NCBI GenBank assembly: GCA_030390025.1
Contig: JASTWF010000573.1
Location: forward strand, 124,001-188,000
Length of the DNA: 64,000 bases
Source of the DNA: Squalus acanthias
Lineage: Eukaryota
Reading direction: 5' to 3'
The position numbers and the translations under genes were made by a program. Position 1 is the stretch's first letter. Each line of letters opens with the position of its first letter. The notes beneath the pieces were generated by a model. That model saw nothing but the letters and a program-made list of their open reading frames with translations, was not told where the DNA came from and made no database searches. This document shows, piece by piece, positions 24,475 to 37,445 of this stretch.

Positions 24475-26215
24475 GCTACAATAGCAAAATACTGTGGATG
24501 CTGTAAATCTGAAATAACAACAGAAAATGCTGGAAACACTCATCAGGCCAGGCAGCATCCGTGGAGAGAGAAACAGAGTTAACGTTTCAGGTCTGTGACC
24601 CTTCGTCAGAACTGGGAAAAGTTAGAGATGTAACAGGTTTTAAGCAGGTGCAGAGGCAGGGAAAGGGGGAAGTGAAGAAAGAACAAAAGGAAGGCAGGAG
24701 AGATTAAATGATGCAAATGGGGATGGCAGAATCAACAACAACTGCCGCCTGAATGTGGAAGCTAGTGGAGTGAAAGGTGAGGACAAGGGGAACCCTATTT
24801 GTGGTTCTGGGAGGGAGAAGGGGTGAGAGCAGAAGTGCGGGAAATGGAACGGACACAGTTGAGGGCCATGCCAACCACGGTAGAGGAGAATCCTCAGTTG
24901 AGGAAAAAGGAAGACATATCGGAAGCACTAGTATGGAAGGTGGCATCGTCAGAACAGATGCGGTGGAGACGGAGAAACTGGGAGAATGGAATAGAGTCCT
25001 TACAGGAAGTGGAGTGGGAGGAAGTGTAGTCCAGGTAGCTGTGGAAGTCAGTGGGCTTGTAGTGGATGTTTGTCGATAGCCTATCTCCAGAAATTGAGAC
25101 AGAGAAGTCAAGGAAGGGAAGGGAAGAGTCGGAGATGGACCATGTGAAGGTGAGGGAAGGGTGGAAATTGGAAGCAAAGTGAATGAAATTTTCTAGTTCA
25201 GGGCGAGAACAGGAAACGGCACCAATACAGTCATCAATGTATCGGAAAAAGAGGTGAGGGAGGGGACCCGAGTAGGACTGGAACAAAGAATGTTCCACAT
25301 ATCCCACGAAGAGGCAGGACTAGCTAGGGCCCATGAGGGTTCCCATAGCACACCTTTAATTTGGAGGAAGTGAGTGGAGTCAAAGGAGAAGTTGTTCAAT
25401 GTGAGAACAAGTTCAGCCAGGCGGAGGAGGGTGGTGGTGGATGGGGACTGGTTGGGCCTCTGTTCAAAGAAGTGGGGGATGGAGGTGTAGAGGGATTGTA
25501 TGTCCATGGTGAAAAGGAGGCGGTTGGGGCCAGGAAACTGGAAACTGTTAAAGTGGCGGAGGGCATCAGAGGAGTCGCGGATGTAGGTGGGAAGAGATTG
25601 GACAAGGGGAGAAAAAATAGAGTCGAGATAGGAAGAAATCAGTTCCATGGGGCAAGAACAGGCTGAAACGATGGGTCTACCAGGGCAGTCCTGTTTGTGG
25701 ATCTTGGGAAGGAGGTAGAAGCGGGCTGTGTGGGGTTGGGGGACTATGAGGTTGACAGCCATGGAGGGAAGATCTCCAGAGGAGATGAGGTCAGTGACAG
25801 TCTTGGAAACGGTGGCTTGATGTTCGGTAGTGGGGTCATGGTCCAGGCGGAGGTAGGAGGAGGTGTCGGAGAGTTGGCGTTCAGCCTCCGCACGGTAGAG
25901 GTCGGTTTGCCAAACAACAACAGCGCCACTCTTGTCAGCAGGTTTAATGACAATGTTAGGGTTGGATCAGAGTGCTGCAAGTTCAGAAGGAGGTGGGTTG
26001 GAGTGAGTGAGGGGAGCAGAGAAATTGAGACGGCCGATGTCACACCGGCAGTAAGCAATGAAAAGAGCTAGAGAGGGTAAGAGGCCAGAGGAAGGGGTCC
26101 AGGTAAAACGAGAATTCTGAAAGTGGGAGAAAGGGTCAGCCGTGCGAGGGAAAGACTCCTGGCCAGAGAAGTGGGCACAGAGACGAAGGCGACGGAAAAA
26201 GAGCTCAGCATCATG
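24475..26215 (-). mobile_element. Penelope-like retroelement with frameshifted RT; no GIY-YIG region seen
   Basis: FYLLPKIHK, GRPIVS, FFRYIDD, LPFLD and YKPTD motifs; terminal repeat carries a hammerhead motif. Confidence 0.9.
24577..24613 (-). ncRNA. Minimal type I hammerhead ribozyme motif (Penelope-associated)
   Basis: Minus strand reads agtt-CTGACGA-a-gggtc-aca-gacct-GAAACGTT-aact: core, stem II, palindromic ACGT stem III and 4-bp stem I. Confidence 0.7.
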
Positions 26216-26997
26216 GAGATTAGTTCAGTGCAACACTGTAAGGAATGCAGGATTCAGTGACCTTGAGGCCTGGCAAGAGATGGGGCTTAGTTCACACAGT
26301 TTCGTACCTAAACCGGTCATGTGACATCTGCTGAGTCAGGATGACTGACAGTTTTGGACAAAGTAACTGTATAAGTAGGTCTGTTTCAGGAAAGTTATAA
26401 ATACGTGATGAAACCCTGTCAGGTGAACTCTGAGTTAGGAATTACTTCGCTGAGTGCGCTCCTACTGAGTGGAAAGTGGATAGACGCATCGCTTGCTTGT
26501 TTTACTCATGTGAGTCATCTAAAAAAATCTGTCAAGTTGATCTGACTCCCGGGTCTCGAGTCCTTATTCATGGAGTGCGGATCACTCTGATGCAACACTC
26601 CCCATCGCACCAATGCCATTATTCTTCCATTTTCCACACTTACCATCCTGACTCACATTGCTAATTTAGTGCCAAATTAGTGACAGTTTTATGCAATGGC
26701 CCTATTTCTCCCCTTTTCTCCTTTCTTATAGGCACTGATTCTTGCTAGAGTACAGAATTACAGGTGCTGGCAGTCTGTGGTATCTAGCAAAAGTGACCAT
26801 ACTGTGAGCGCAAACATCGGGTTTAAGCTATTCAAGCATGGAAAGCATCAGAACTGAGCCTGGTGCCCTCAACCAACATTCACTTTCTAGCTGTGGTCAG
26901 TGGAAAGTGATCACAAGCAAGCTGCTTGGCTGATTTTTCTTTCCCTCTTAGCCCAGGGTGCCTTACTTATTCTTTAAGAAAAAACATTTTCTCTTAC

Positions 26998-27606
26998 CTT
27001 CAGAGTCCCTGATTTCAAATATCTGATCATTTTCCAGATCGATCAATGGAACTACTATACGTTGCCTTATACTTTGGACATCCTGAACATCGCCAAGCCT
27101 GAAAACATAGTCAGGGGACAATGAGATCTGATGTAGTTCTGTGGTATCAGCACCCCTGGCTCCAATACAGAAAGGTGCTACACCCGCCTGTTTCAGTGCA
27201 TCTGCTGTCCGCTTAACATCATCGGTGGACTTGCTGGCAGTGAGAAGGATCAAGAACTGGGGCACATCTTCTTCCCTTCTACTTCCACCAGACCTGGTGA
27301 ACACATTCTTTGCGACGTAGTCCAATGCTTTGCCAGTGTTGGTTTCTCTGCCTCCTCTATGATTTATGTTTCTTATTGCTGTCATCACATCGGGTTTCCT
27401 TATGTATCTGTTTAATAAGAACTCAGGTTCGGGAACATCACCATATTGCACAATGCTAACTCGGATCCTATCTCTTCCAATGTCAAGGTTTTCAGCTACT
27501 CTGTGAATGAAATCTTTTACCAGAGGAAATGTTGTTGCAGCGCTGTCCGATCCATCAACAAGGAACACAATATCTCTTTTGGGCATCTGTGGAATACGAC
27601 TTGGAA
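26998..27606 (-). CDS. COL6A3: Collagen VI alpha-3 extra N4-type VWA exon (609 bp, phase 1-1)
   Basis: cttttgtag| and |gtaaga; open frame KRDIVFLVDGSDS...LKQAGVAPF...ISLSPDY. Confidence 0.9.
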
Positions 27607-27789
27607 CTACAAAAGAATCATTAGTTTAGCAAAGTTTATAAAAATGAGACTAAACTTTTTTTTTTAAACTTTTAACTTAAAAAAAAACAGCATTACTAAG
27701 AGGTCTTTGTAGGTACAATGGATTTTTTGTGCATTGTTTATGGTAAGCCAGTGATTGCATTGTCGGGTTTGATTTTATTCAACTTTAAG

Positions 27790-30700
27790 GAAAAGATTGT
27801 AGTGTGAGGGGACAGTTGAAGCCTGTGATGGGCAGTACCTGCATGATGTGGGAGCTTCTGGATGCTTTGTATGCTTCAGGATGACCACACATGGAAGTGT
27901 CCCCAGCTGCTTGTGTTCGAGCTCAAAAGTTTCTGAGCTTCAGGAGCAGGTGGGGGACTCTCTGTCAAGTACAAGAGCCTGAAGGGTTCCTGGAAAGCAC
28001 ATTCTAGCAGGATGTCAAGCCACATGCAGAAGATGTTGGTGAGAAAGTAAAGTAGGTGACCATCCAAAGGGGTAGAAAAAGGAATCAGGAGGCACTGCAG
28101 GGATCCTGAGAGTATTAAATTGACAAACAAGTGAATATGACAATAGTAATAACTTGGAGGAGGAATAGAACCGAGGTCCTGCAAAGGGAGGTTTATGAAT
28201 TAGGAGACAGGTTAAGAAGCAGGACCTCAAGGTTATTAATTTCAGGATTATTCCCAGTGCCTACATGAGCAAGATGAAGGAGCTCACTGCATGGCTGAAG
28301 AGATGGTGCAGGATAGAAGGGTTCAGATTCAGGGATTTGTTTCTTAAAAGAACAAGATCTGGGACAGAATTACCCGATATAAAATAGGCAGGCTTCACCT
28401 GAACAAGGATGGGACCAATGTCCTTGCTCTGAATATTTTGTATCAGTCTTTACAGTAGAGGACACTAAGAATATCCCAACACTGGACAAACAGGGGGCTA
28501 TAGGGGGAGAGGAGCTAAACACGATCAAAATCACTAAGGAAGTGGTACTCGGTAAAATAATGGGACTCAAGGCGGATAAATCACCTGGACCTGATGGCTT
28601 ACATCCTAGAGTCTTGAAGGAAGTGGCGGTAGGGATTGTAGATGCATTGGTAATAATTTTTCAAAACTCCCTGGATTCCGCTAAGGTCCCGGCAGACTGG
28701 AAAACTGCTAATGTAACACCCTTATTTAAAAAGGGCAGTAGACAGAAGGCTGGTAACTATAGACCGGTTAGCCTAACATCTGTGGTAGGTAAAATTTTGG
28801 AGTCCATTATTAAGGAAACAGTAACAGGACATTTGGATAATCATAATTTAATAGGACAAAGTCAGCATGGTTTTACGAAGGGGAAGTCATGTTTGACAAA
28901 TTTGCTGGAGTTCTTTGAGGAAGTAACATATAGAGTGGATAAAGGGGAACCAGTGGACGTAGTGTATTTGGACTTCCAAAAGGCATTTGACAAGGTGCCA
29001 CACAAAAGATTATTGCTTAAGGTAAAAAATCACGGGATTGGGGGTAATATTCTGGCATGGATAGAGGATTGGCTATCTAACAGAAAGCAAAGAGTTGGGA
29101 TAAATGGTTCATTCTCAGACTGGCAATCAGTAACTAGTGGTGTTCCACAGGGGTCAGTGCTGGGTCCCCAACTCTTCACAATCTATATTAACGATTTGGA
29201 GGAAGGGACCAAGTGTAACATATCAAAATTTGCAGATGATACAAAGATGGGAGGGAAAGTAGTGAGTGAGGAGGACATAAAAAACCTGCAAGGGGACATA
29301 GACAGGCTAAGTAAGTGGGCAGAGATTTGGCAGATGGAATACAACACTGGAAAGTGTGAGGTGATGCACTTTGGCAGGAAAAATCCTAGAGCAATTTATT
29401 ATCTTAATGGCAAGAAACTGGAGAGTACTGAAGTGCAAAGGGATCTGGGGGTCCTGGTGCACGAAACTCAAAAGGTTAGTATGCAGGTGCAGCAAGTGAT
29501 TAAGAAGGCAAATGGAATGTTGGCTTTCATTGCTAGGGGGATAGAATATAAAAATAGGGAGGTATTGCTTCAGTTGTACAAGGTATTGGTGAGACCGCAC
29601 CTGGAATACTGCATACAGTTTTGGTGTCCTTACTTAAGGAAAGACATCCTTGCTCTCGAGGCAGTGCAAAAAAGGTTCACTCGGTTAATCCCGGGGATGA
29701 GGGGGTGGTCATATGAGGAGAGGTTGGGTAGATTGGGACTCTACTCATTGGAGTTCAGAAGAATGAGAGGCGATCTTATTGAAACATATAAGATTGTGAA
29801 GGGGTTGGATCGGGTGGATGCGGGGAGGATGTTCCCGATGACAGGTGAGACGAGAACTAGGGGACATAGTCTTAGAATAAGGGGCTGCTCTTTCAAAACT
29901 GAGATGAGGAGGAACTACTTCACTCAGAGGGTGGTAGGTCCATGGAATATGCTGCCACAAAAAGCTGTAGAAGCTACAACATTAATTAAATTTAAAACAG
30001 AAATAGACAGTTTCCTAGAAGTAAAGGGCATTAAGGGTTACGGGGAGCGGGCAGGAATTTGGACATGAGTCTAGGTTCGGATCGGTCATGGCCCTGTGGG
30101 TAGTGGAGCGGGCCCAGGGACTGTGTAGCCTGATTCTGCTCCTATTTCGTGTGTGCAATTCTGTTAGATGCAGGAGATGGTTCTGTGATAGATAGTAGAT
30201 TGGCGGTTAGGATCAGATCAGCCATGATCTTATTGAATGGCGGAGCAGGCTCGAGGGGCCGATTGGCCTACTCCTGCTCCTATTTCTTATGTTCTTATGT
30301 TCTTATGTAACTAGTCTTGCAGGGGAGGGGGAAGGTTTAAACTAATATGGCAGGGGGAGGAAAAAAATAAAATGAGGAAGCAGAAAGGAAAGTAAAAAGG
30401 GCACGAATATAGGAAAGGAAAAAGAGAAAAAAGGGAAAGTAAGAAAGAATAGAAACAAGAGTTATAAAAAGAGTAAGACTGCCAAAAAGTGGGAGTCAGA
30501 ATTATAGGGTATATATGTGGATGCCCAATGCATGCAAAATAAAATTGGAGAGTTAGAAATATTAATACCTATGGAGGGGTATGATATAGTAGCTATAACA
30601 GAGACATGGCTTAGGTTTGGACAGGAGTCAAAACATAATATTCTTGGTTATAACTGTTGCTAGAGAGGGGACAAAGGGTGCGAGTGGCAATATTAAAAAA

Positions 30701-30870
30701 TAATTCTCACAGCACTGGAATGGCAGGATGTTCTACCAACTTGCGTGAAGCCCAGAATCAATAGGGATCAAGTTAAGGAACTTGGTAATTAAGAGATTGG
30801 TACAATTCTCATTGCAAATTACAGGCCATCAAAAAGTGGAGGTAAGACAGTGAAGGTGATTTGTAGGTGC
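27790..30870 (+). mobile_element. Old decayed CR1 (ORF1 and endonuclease remnants) hosting a younger CR1
   Basis: Zn-finger/esterase-like remnants before 28425; endonuclease-like AITETW remnant near 30590. Confidence 0.6.
28428..30308 (+). mobile_element. Young CR1 LINE, 5'-truncated, with uninterrupted RT frame (508 aa)
   Basis: KSPGPDG, NYRPVSLTS, YLDFQKAFD, GVPQGSVLGP and KFADDTK motifs; (ttcttatg)3 tail. Confidence 0.95.
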
Positions 30871-31870
30871 CAACATCATCGTTCTTATAGTGTCTTTAAC
30901 ATAAAGAAACCTCTCAAAGCAGTTCACAGAGGTCTAATTAAAGAAATGAACACTAAGCTAAAGTAAACAGATTAGGATGGGTGACTAAAAGCTTAATCAA
31001 AGAATTGGGGTATAAAAAAAATGTCTTAACAGGGAAGATGGAGGTGGAGAGGCAGAGGGGTTTAGGGAGGAAATTCCAAAGTATAAGGTTTAAGCAGCTG
31101 AAGGTACGGCTGGCAATTGTGGGCCTGAGGGGAGGGATGCACAAGAGGCTGGAGTCAGAGGAAGAGAGAATTTTGAGAAGGGATTGGAGGGCTGCAGAAA
31201 GTTACACAGATAGGGTGTGGCCATGAGGGATTTAAACATGAGGATGATAATTTTTAATTTGAGGTGTTGGGAGGCTAGGAACCAATATCTGTCAGCAAGG
31301 ATGGGTAATAAGTGAGTAGAACTTGGTGCAGGATAGGATGCAAGGAGCAGAGTTTTGGAGGAGCTGAAGTTTATGGGGGGTGAATGATGGAACCCCAGCC
31401 AGAAGAGAATTAAAATATAAAAGGCATGGAGAAGGAATTTGGTGGCAGATAGGCCGAGGTAGAAGGTGGCCGACGTACGAGGCAGAACTCAGCAGTCTTT
31501 GTGGACATGATATAGGATTGGAAGCTTAGCTCGAGGTGCCAAGATTATAAACAGTCTGGTTAAGTCTAAGTCAATGGCCAGGGTACGTGTTTGAAGGGAG
31601 GGGCCGAATGCTTAGCTGGAGGAAATTGTGGCTCATCCAAGACTGGATGCCAGTCAAACAGAAGGTTGAGAGGTGGTGGTGGTGGTGGTGGTGGTGAGAA
31701 AGAACTGGTTTTTTCAACATATATGTGGAAGCTGACCCCACGTCTGCAGATGATGTTGCCAAGGAGCAGCATGTAGATGAGGTAGAGGAGAATGTCAAGG
31801 ATAGATCATTGGGGGACTTGAGGTAACAACAGAAGGGGGTGGCAGGAAAGTTGCTGGAGAGGACTATAGA
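30870..31870 (-). mobile_element. L2 LINE, decayed
   Basis: IQSWMSHNFLQL motif and reverse-complement L2 3' end. Confidence 0.7.
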
Positions 31871-32194
31871 AAAGGAATTGGTTCTGATAATTCGAGTCCT
31901 GATACCTTGCATCCTTAGGTATTGAAGGAAGTCAGAAAGGAGATAGCAAAGACTCTGACCAAAATTTCTTCAATAGTCCTTAGATATGTGAATTGCGCTA
32001 GGGCGCTGAAGGGCTGTTAATGTAACATGTCTAATGCAACATGCCTATTGAAAAAACATTTTGGGAGAAACAGGGAATGGGAGTATAAACTCCATGGAAA
32101 CATGCTTAAGGGTGTGGAGAAACAGAGAGCCCTAGGGATGCACATATATAATTCCTTAATATGTAGAAAAAGCCATAAAAAAGGTCAGCAACAA

Positions 32195-34110
32195 TATCAA
32201 AGTCATAAATGACATTCTACACAACTGTGACCATGGTAAACTATCCCTCCTCATTCTTCTCAACCTATCTGCAGCCTTCAACACAGTTGACCACACCAAC
32301 CTCCCCCAATGCCTCTCCTCTGTTGTCCAGCTGGGTGGAACTGCCCTTGCCTGGTTCCATTCTTACCTATCGAATTTGTAGCCAGAGAATTCACTTGCAG
32401 TGGCTTCTCTTCCCACTCCCGCACCGTTACCTCTGGAGTCCCCCAAGGATCTATCCTTGGCCCCCTCCTATTTCTCATCTACATGCTTCCTCTTGGTGAC
32501 ATCATCCAAAAACACAACATCAGGTTCCACATGTACCATGACCTTTCCATTACACTACTTGTCCAACATCCAGTACTGGATGAGCAGAAATTTCCTCCAA
32601 CTAAATATTGGGAAGACCAAAGATATTGTCTTTGGTCCCCGCCACAAATTCCATTCCCTGACCACCATTTCCATTCTGCTCCCTGGCAACTGTCTGAAGC
32701 GGAGCCAGACCGTTTGCAACCTTGGTGTTGTGTTTGAAAGAAAGACTTGCATTTATATAGTTCCTTTCATGACCACCGGACGTTCCAAAGAGCTTTATGG
32801 CCAATGAAGTACCTTTGGAAGTGTAGTCACTGTTGTAATGTAGGAAACGCGGTAGCCAATTTGTGCACAGCAAGTTCCCACAAACAGCAATGCGATAATG
32901 GCCAGATAATCTGTTTTAGTGATGCCAGTACACCAGTGATCACTCCCCTGCTCTTCTTTGAAATGGTGTCATGGGATCTTTTACGTTCACCCGGGAGAGC
33001 AGATGAGGCCTCAGTTTAACGTCTCATCTGAAAGATGGCACCTCCGACAGTGCAGCACTCCCACAGTCCAGCACTGGAATGTCAGCCTAGATTTTTGTGC
33101 TCAAGTCTCTGGAGTGGGACTTGAACCCACAGCCTTCTGATTCAGAGATGAGAGTGCTACCCACTGAGCCACAGCTGGCACTAGGTGGGTAAATTAAGTT
33201 AAACTACAGATAAGCCATGATTTAATTGAATGGCGGAGCCGGCTCGAGGGGCTGAATGGCCTACTCCTGTTGCAACTGCTTCTCTGTACACAAGACATTC
33301 AGTTATAATTAAAGGGATATATTAACATTCTGACCACAAAAGATTACCAATCTTACACTTCTTACTCAGTCCTTATTTCAGGAAAAGTTTGATTCAATTA
33401 AACAGGCTATTGACCCCAAGATAAGCTTCCAACCACAAATCCGCTCCATCACCAAGACTGCCTACTTCCACCTCCGTAGCATCGCCCAACTCCGACCCTG
33501 CCTCAGCTCATCTGCTGCTGTAACCCTCATCTAGGCCTTTGTTACCTCTAGACTTGACTATTCCAATGCTTTCCTGGCCAGCTTCCCAACTTCTACCCTA
33601 CATAAACGTGTGCTCATCCAAAACTCTGCTGTCCGTATCTTCACTCGCGCCAAGTCTCGTTCACCCATCACCCCTGTGCTTGCTGACCTACATTGGATCC
33701 CGGTCCAACAATGCTTCAATTTTAAAATACTCATCCTTATTTTCAAATCCCTCCATGGTCTCGCCCCTCCCTATCTCTGTAACCTCCTCCAGCCCTACAA
33801 GCCTCCGAGATCTCTGCGCTCCTCCAATTCTGGCATCTTGCGCATCCCCGATTTTAATCGCTCCACTATTGGTGGCCGTGCTTTCAGCTGTGTGGGCCTA
33901 AGCTCTGGAATTTCCTCCCTAAACCTTTCAGCCTCTCTTCTTCTCTCTCCTCCTTAAAACCTTCCTCTTTGACCAAGGTTTTGGTCAGTTGTCATGATAT
34001 CTTCTTCTGTTGCTCGGTGTCAAAACTTTTATTGATAACGCTCTTGTTTAGCACCTTGGAATGTTTTGCTATGTTATAGGTGCTATATAAATGCTAGTTG
34101 TTGTTGTTAG
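32195..34110 (+). mobile_element. L2 LINE interrupted at ~32737-33410 by a SINE and other sequence
   Basis: [29 protein letters not shown] and LHWIPV motifs; sequence resumes at ttgaccccaag; (ttg)n tail. Confidence 0.85.
32738..33180 (-). mobile_element. tRNA-headed SINE with L2-type tail (SacSINE/DeuSINE-like)
   Basis: Minus-strand A box tggctcagtggg and B box ggttcaagtccc; second copy at 45812-46255. Confidence 0.75.
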
Positions 34111-34111
34111 A

Positions 34112-34660
34112 AAAAGGTCAATCGTATTTTGGGTTTATAAAGAGGCATAGAGTACAAGAGTAAAGAGGTAATGATAAATTTGTATAATGCAATGATTAGG
34201 TCACAGTTAGAGTACTATGTGCAGGTTTGGGCACTCCATTATAAGAAGGACATTAAAGCCATAGAGAACAGATGGTGTGATTCACCAGGACGATGCTAGA
34301 GATGGGAAACTAGTTATGAGGAAAGACTCGAAATGTTGGCATTATTTCCACTGGAGCAGAGAAGGCTAAGAAGAGATTTAATAGATTTTATTTTAAAATT
34401 ACGAAGTATCTTGATAGTGTGGTCAGTGAGTTAGTGACAAGAAGTATCAATTTAAAATGATCACATATATTTATGTCGAGAGTTGCTACAACTTGAAATA
34501 TTTGAGGTAAAGACCATTGAACCTTTTAAGGGAAGAGAAGGTAAATGTTTGAAGCAGAGCAAGATATAGGGCTATGAGGAGAAAGCAGGGCAACAGGATT
34601 AGTTTTGGATTGCTCTAGCAAACAGCCAACAGAAGAAATGGCTTATGCTGTAAACCTTTC
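34112..34660 (+). mobile_element. CR1 LINE 3' remnant, highly decayed
   Basis: Residual QLEYYVQVW and LEQRRLR-like coding. Confidence 0.6.
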
Positions 34661-35400
34661 TGGTTTCATAAGGACAGCTAAGGGATGACAGCACCATCTC
34701 CTGTTCCCAACAAAAACAAAAGATCCGCCCTCCTCAACCCCATTGGGATAGAGAGATATTTGGGTGGGGGGGTGGGGAAGGCAGGTACTGAAATAGATGG
34801 TTTGCCTGACCTCAAGGTCAGGGAATGTTATCTGCTGCATATCTTACGTATTGATACATTTCAATACTTCAATCCTAATTCCCTCTTACATCACAATTAC
34901 AAAGCCAGTCATTTCTTGCTGTGTTTTTCTGACCTTGGTAACCTGCCTCACCGAAAGACAGCAACAATTAAAAAGTGATCAGTTCCTGCTCTCAAATTGT
35001 GGCCTGACTGTAGAATGGTCCTTCTAACCCAAAACCTGCATGCCCGATATTAAGGCCTGATCATAACCGACAGTACCGGTGTATACAAACACATAAATCG
35101 ATGCCATAGAGAAATACATGGAAGCAGACAGTGACTAAATACACAAATCCTTCATGTAGCGCTTATTGGTTAGAGAAGCACTGGAAGAGGCATGGAAATA
35201 GATGGTTTGCCTAACTGCAAGACCAAGGAATGTTATGTGCTGTGCATCCAACATATTATTACATCTAAATATCAATATAACCCTGTTAAGATAGTATATA
35301 ACACAAATGGTTATCTATTCCAAAATTTGGCATTATTTTGTATATTTTAATCCATGTGGATACATTTTATTTTAAATAGAAATCTCTTCCTCTTCCTCAC

Positions 35401-35997
35401 CTTCAGGAGCATCTGCTCTAATTCGGATTATCTGATCTTTGTTCAGTGTTATCAATGGTGACTCCAGACGTTGTTGAACTGTTTCCACATTCCGCAGATC
35501 ATCCACCTTGAAAATATAATCAGGGGACAGTGAAATCTGTTGGAGTTCATTTTCGTCTGCGTCTCTTGATCCGATACTGAAAGGTGCTACACCAGTCTGT
35601 TTCAGCGCCAATGCTGCCCGACTAACATCATCAGAGGACTTGCTGGCAGTGAGAAGGATCAGGAACTGGGGCACACCTTCCTCCACTCTGCTTCCAGCAG
35701 CCCTAGTGAAGACGTTCCTATTGACATAATCCAGTGCTTCACCAGTTTTAGCTTGTCTCCCTCCTTTAAACTTGAGGTTGCCGACTGCTTTCTTCACGGC
35801 ATCTTTCGTTGTATGGCTGTTTAAGAAGAAATTTGCTCTGGGATCATCACTGTACTGTGCAACACCAACTCGGACTTTGTCACTTTCAACATCAAGATTG
35901 TCAACGACTCTAGAAATAAAGTTTTTAACTGATGGGAAAGCATTTCTGACTTTTTCCGATCCATCCACAAGGAACACAACGTCCCTCTTAACAGCAT
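35401..35997 (-). CDS. COL6A3: Collagen VI alpha-3 extra N4-type VWA exon (597 bp, phase 1-1)
   Basis: ttgttacag| and |gtgagg; DAVKRDVVFLVDGSEK... open frame. Confidence 0.92.
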
Positions 35998-37049
35998 CTG
36001 TAACAAACGGAAAATAGAATTTTGTTGAGTACAAAAGCGTTTGGCATGAACTAAAATTTTGCAGAGATACGTTTATTGTTGAGATGTGGGATTTCCATTT
36101 GTAATCAGAGGAGATAGCTAGGTCAAGAATGTTAATAGCTGAAGAAGGAAGACAGAAGCCATCAAAGGTAAGAGTTGGTAGCTGTTGGTTGGACTTAAGA
36201 GACGTGAAGAAACGGTGTTCAAAGGGCTGAAAGAACTATGATTTTCATTGCCTCTTCCAAACTTATGGGCCACATACAAGGGGGAAAAGTTTACTTTGTT
36301 CACCTGATGTAGCAAAATCATAAGTGCATTCATTATAAACTCATTTACAATGTTGCTGTTCCTAGCACACAGAAAATCTTCTCCCTTACTGATTTAGCCT
36401 TAATGCTGCAAGAGAAATGAAGGTTATGCACATTCACAACACATGATCTGAAGCAAATTTGTGAATGTAAAGTGTAATCACCAGCAAGAGTAGAACTACT
36501 GGACGAGGGAAGGACAAAGCTCCAAGGGATGCCCGAGTTGATGGAAAAAGTGTTAGAACAGGAACGACTATAATATAGGTAGAGGGATATGGCAGGAAAC
36601 TAGATAACCATGAACTAAGGATGATAGTTTATTTTTAATGTTTTATTCATTCTCGAGATATGGACATTTATTGCCTGCCCATCCCTATTTTTTCTTTCAC
36701 TGAATTCAAAATTCTCAAACTGCCATGGTGGGATTTGAACTCACGATCTTTGGATTACTAGTCCAGTAATATAACGAATACACTACCCACTTGTTTAGAA
36801 GTGCATAGTGTCAAACTCGGTCAAAAGATTTAGAGCCACCAATGTACTGACAACTGAATCACTAATGTGCTCAACAACAGAAATTCAGATAACATAACAT
36901 AGGCAAGAAGATTACTCGTGAAGTGATCATACTGAAAACAATACTGGCAATTGTGAATTAAGTCAGAACTTTCATGGTGATGGATAATTTGAGAATTTCC
37001 AGCAGCTTAATTTAAAACAAAAATCATGATGTGTGCATCACTAGGATAG

Positions 37050-37445
37050 TCAGCATTTATTGCCCATCCCTAATTGCCCTTGAGAAGGTGGTGATGAGCC
37101 GCCTTCTTGAACCGCTGCAGTCCATATGGTGAAGGTACTCCCAACAGTGCTGTTAGGGAGGGAGTTCCAGGATTTTGACCCAGCGACGATGAAGGAACAG
37201 CGATATTTGTCAAAGTCAGGATGGTGTGTGACTTGGGAGGGGAACTTGGAGGTGGTGGTGTTCCCATGCACCTGCTGCCCTTGCCTTCCTAGGGGATTGA
37301 GGTCATGGGTTTGGGAGGTGTTGTTGAAGAAGTCTTGGCGAGTTGCTGCAGTGCATCTTGTAGTGAAGGGAGTGGATGTTTAAGGTGGTGAATGGGCTAC
37401 TGATCAAGCTTTGAATGTTGTTGCAGCTGCACCCATACAGGCAAG
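37050..37445 (-). mobile_element. LINE 3'-end fragment (CR1/L2 group)
   Basis: SKSWNSLP and GLQRFKKAAHHHLLKG terminal ORF2-like motifs followed by aataaatg. Confidence 0.65.

Noticed and set aside
33100-33180. tRNA-like sequence with A and B boxes
   Set aside because: It is the head of a SINE with a body, an L2-type tail and a second copy, not a tRNA gene
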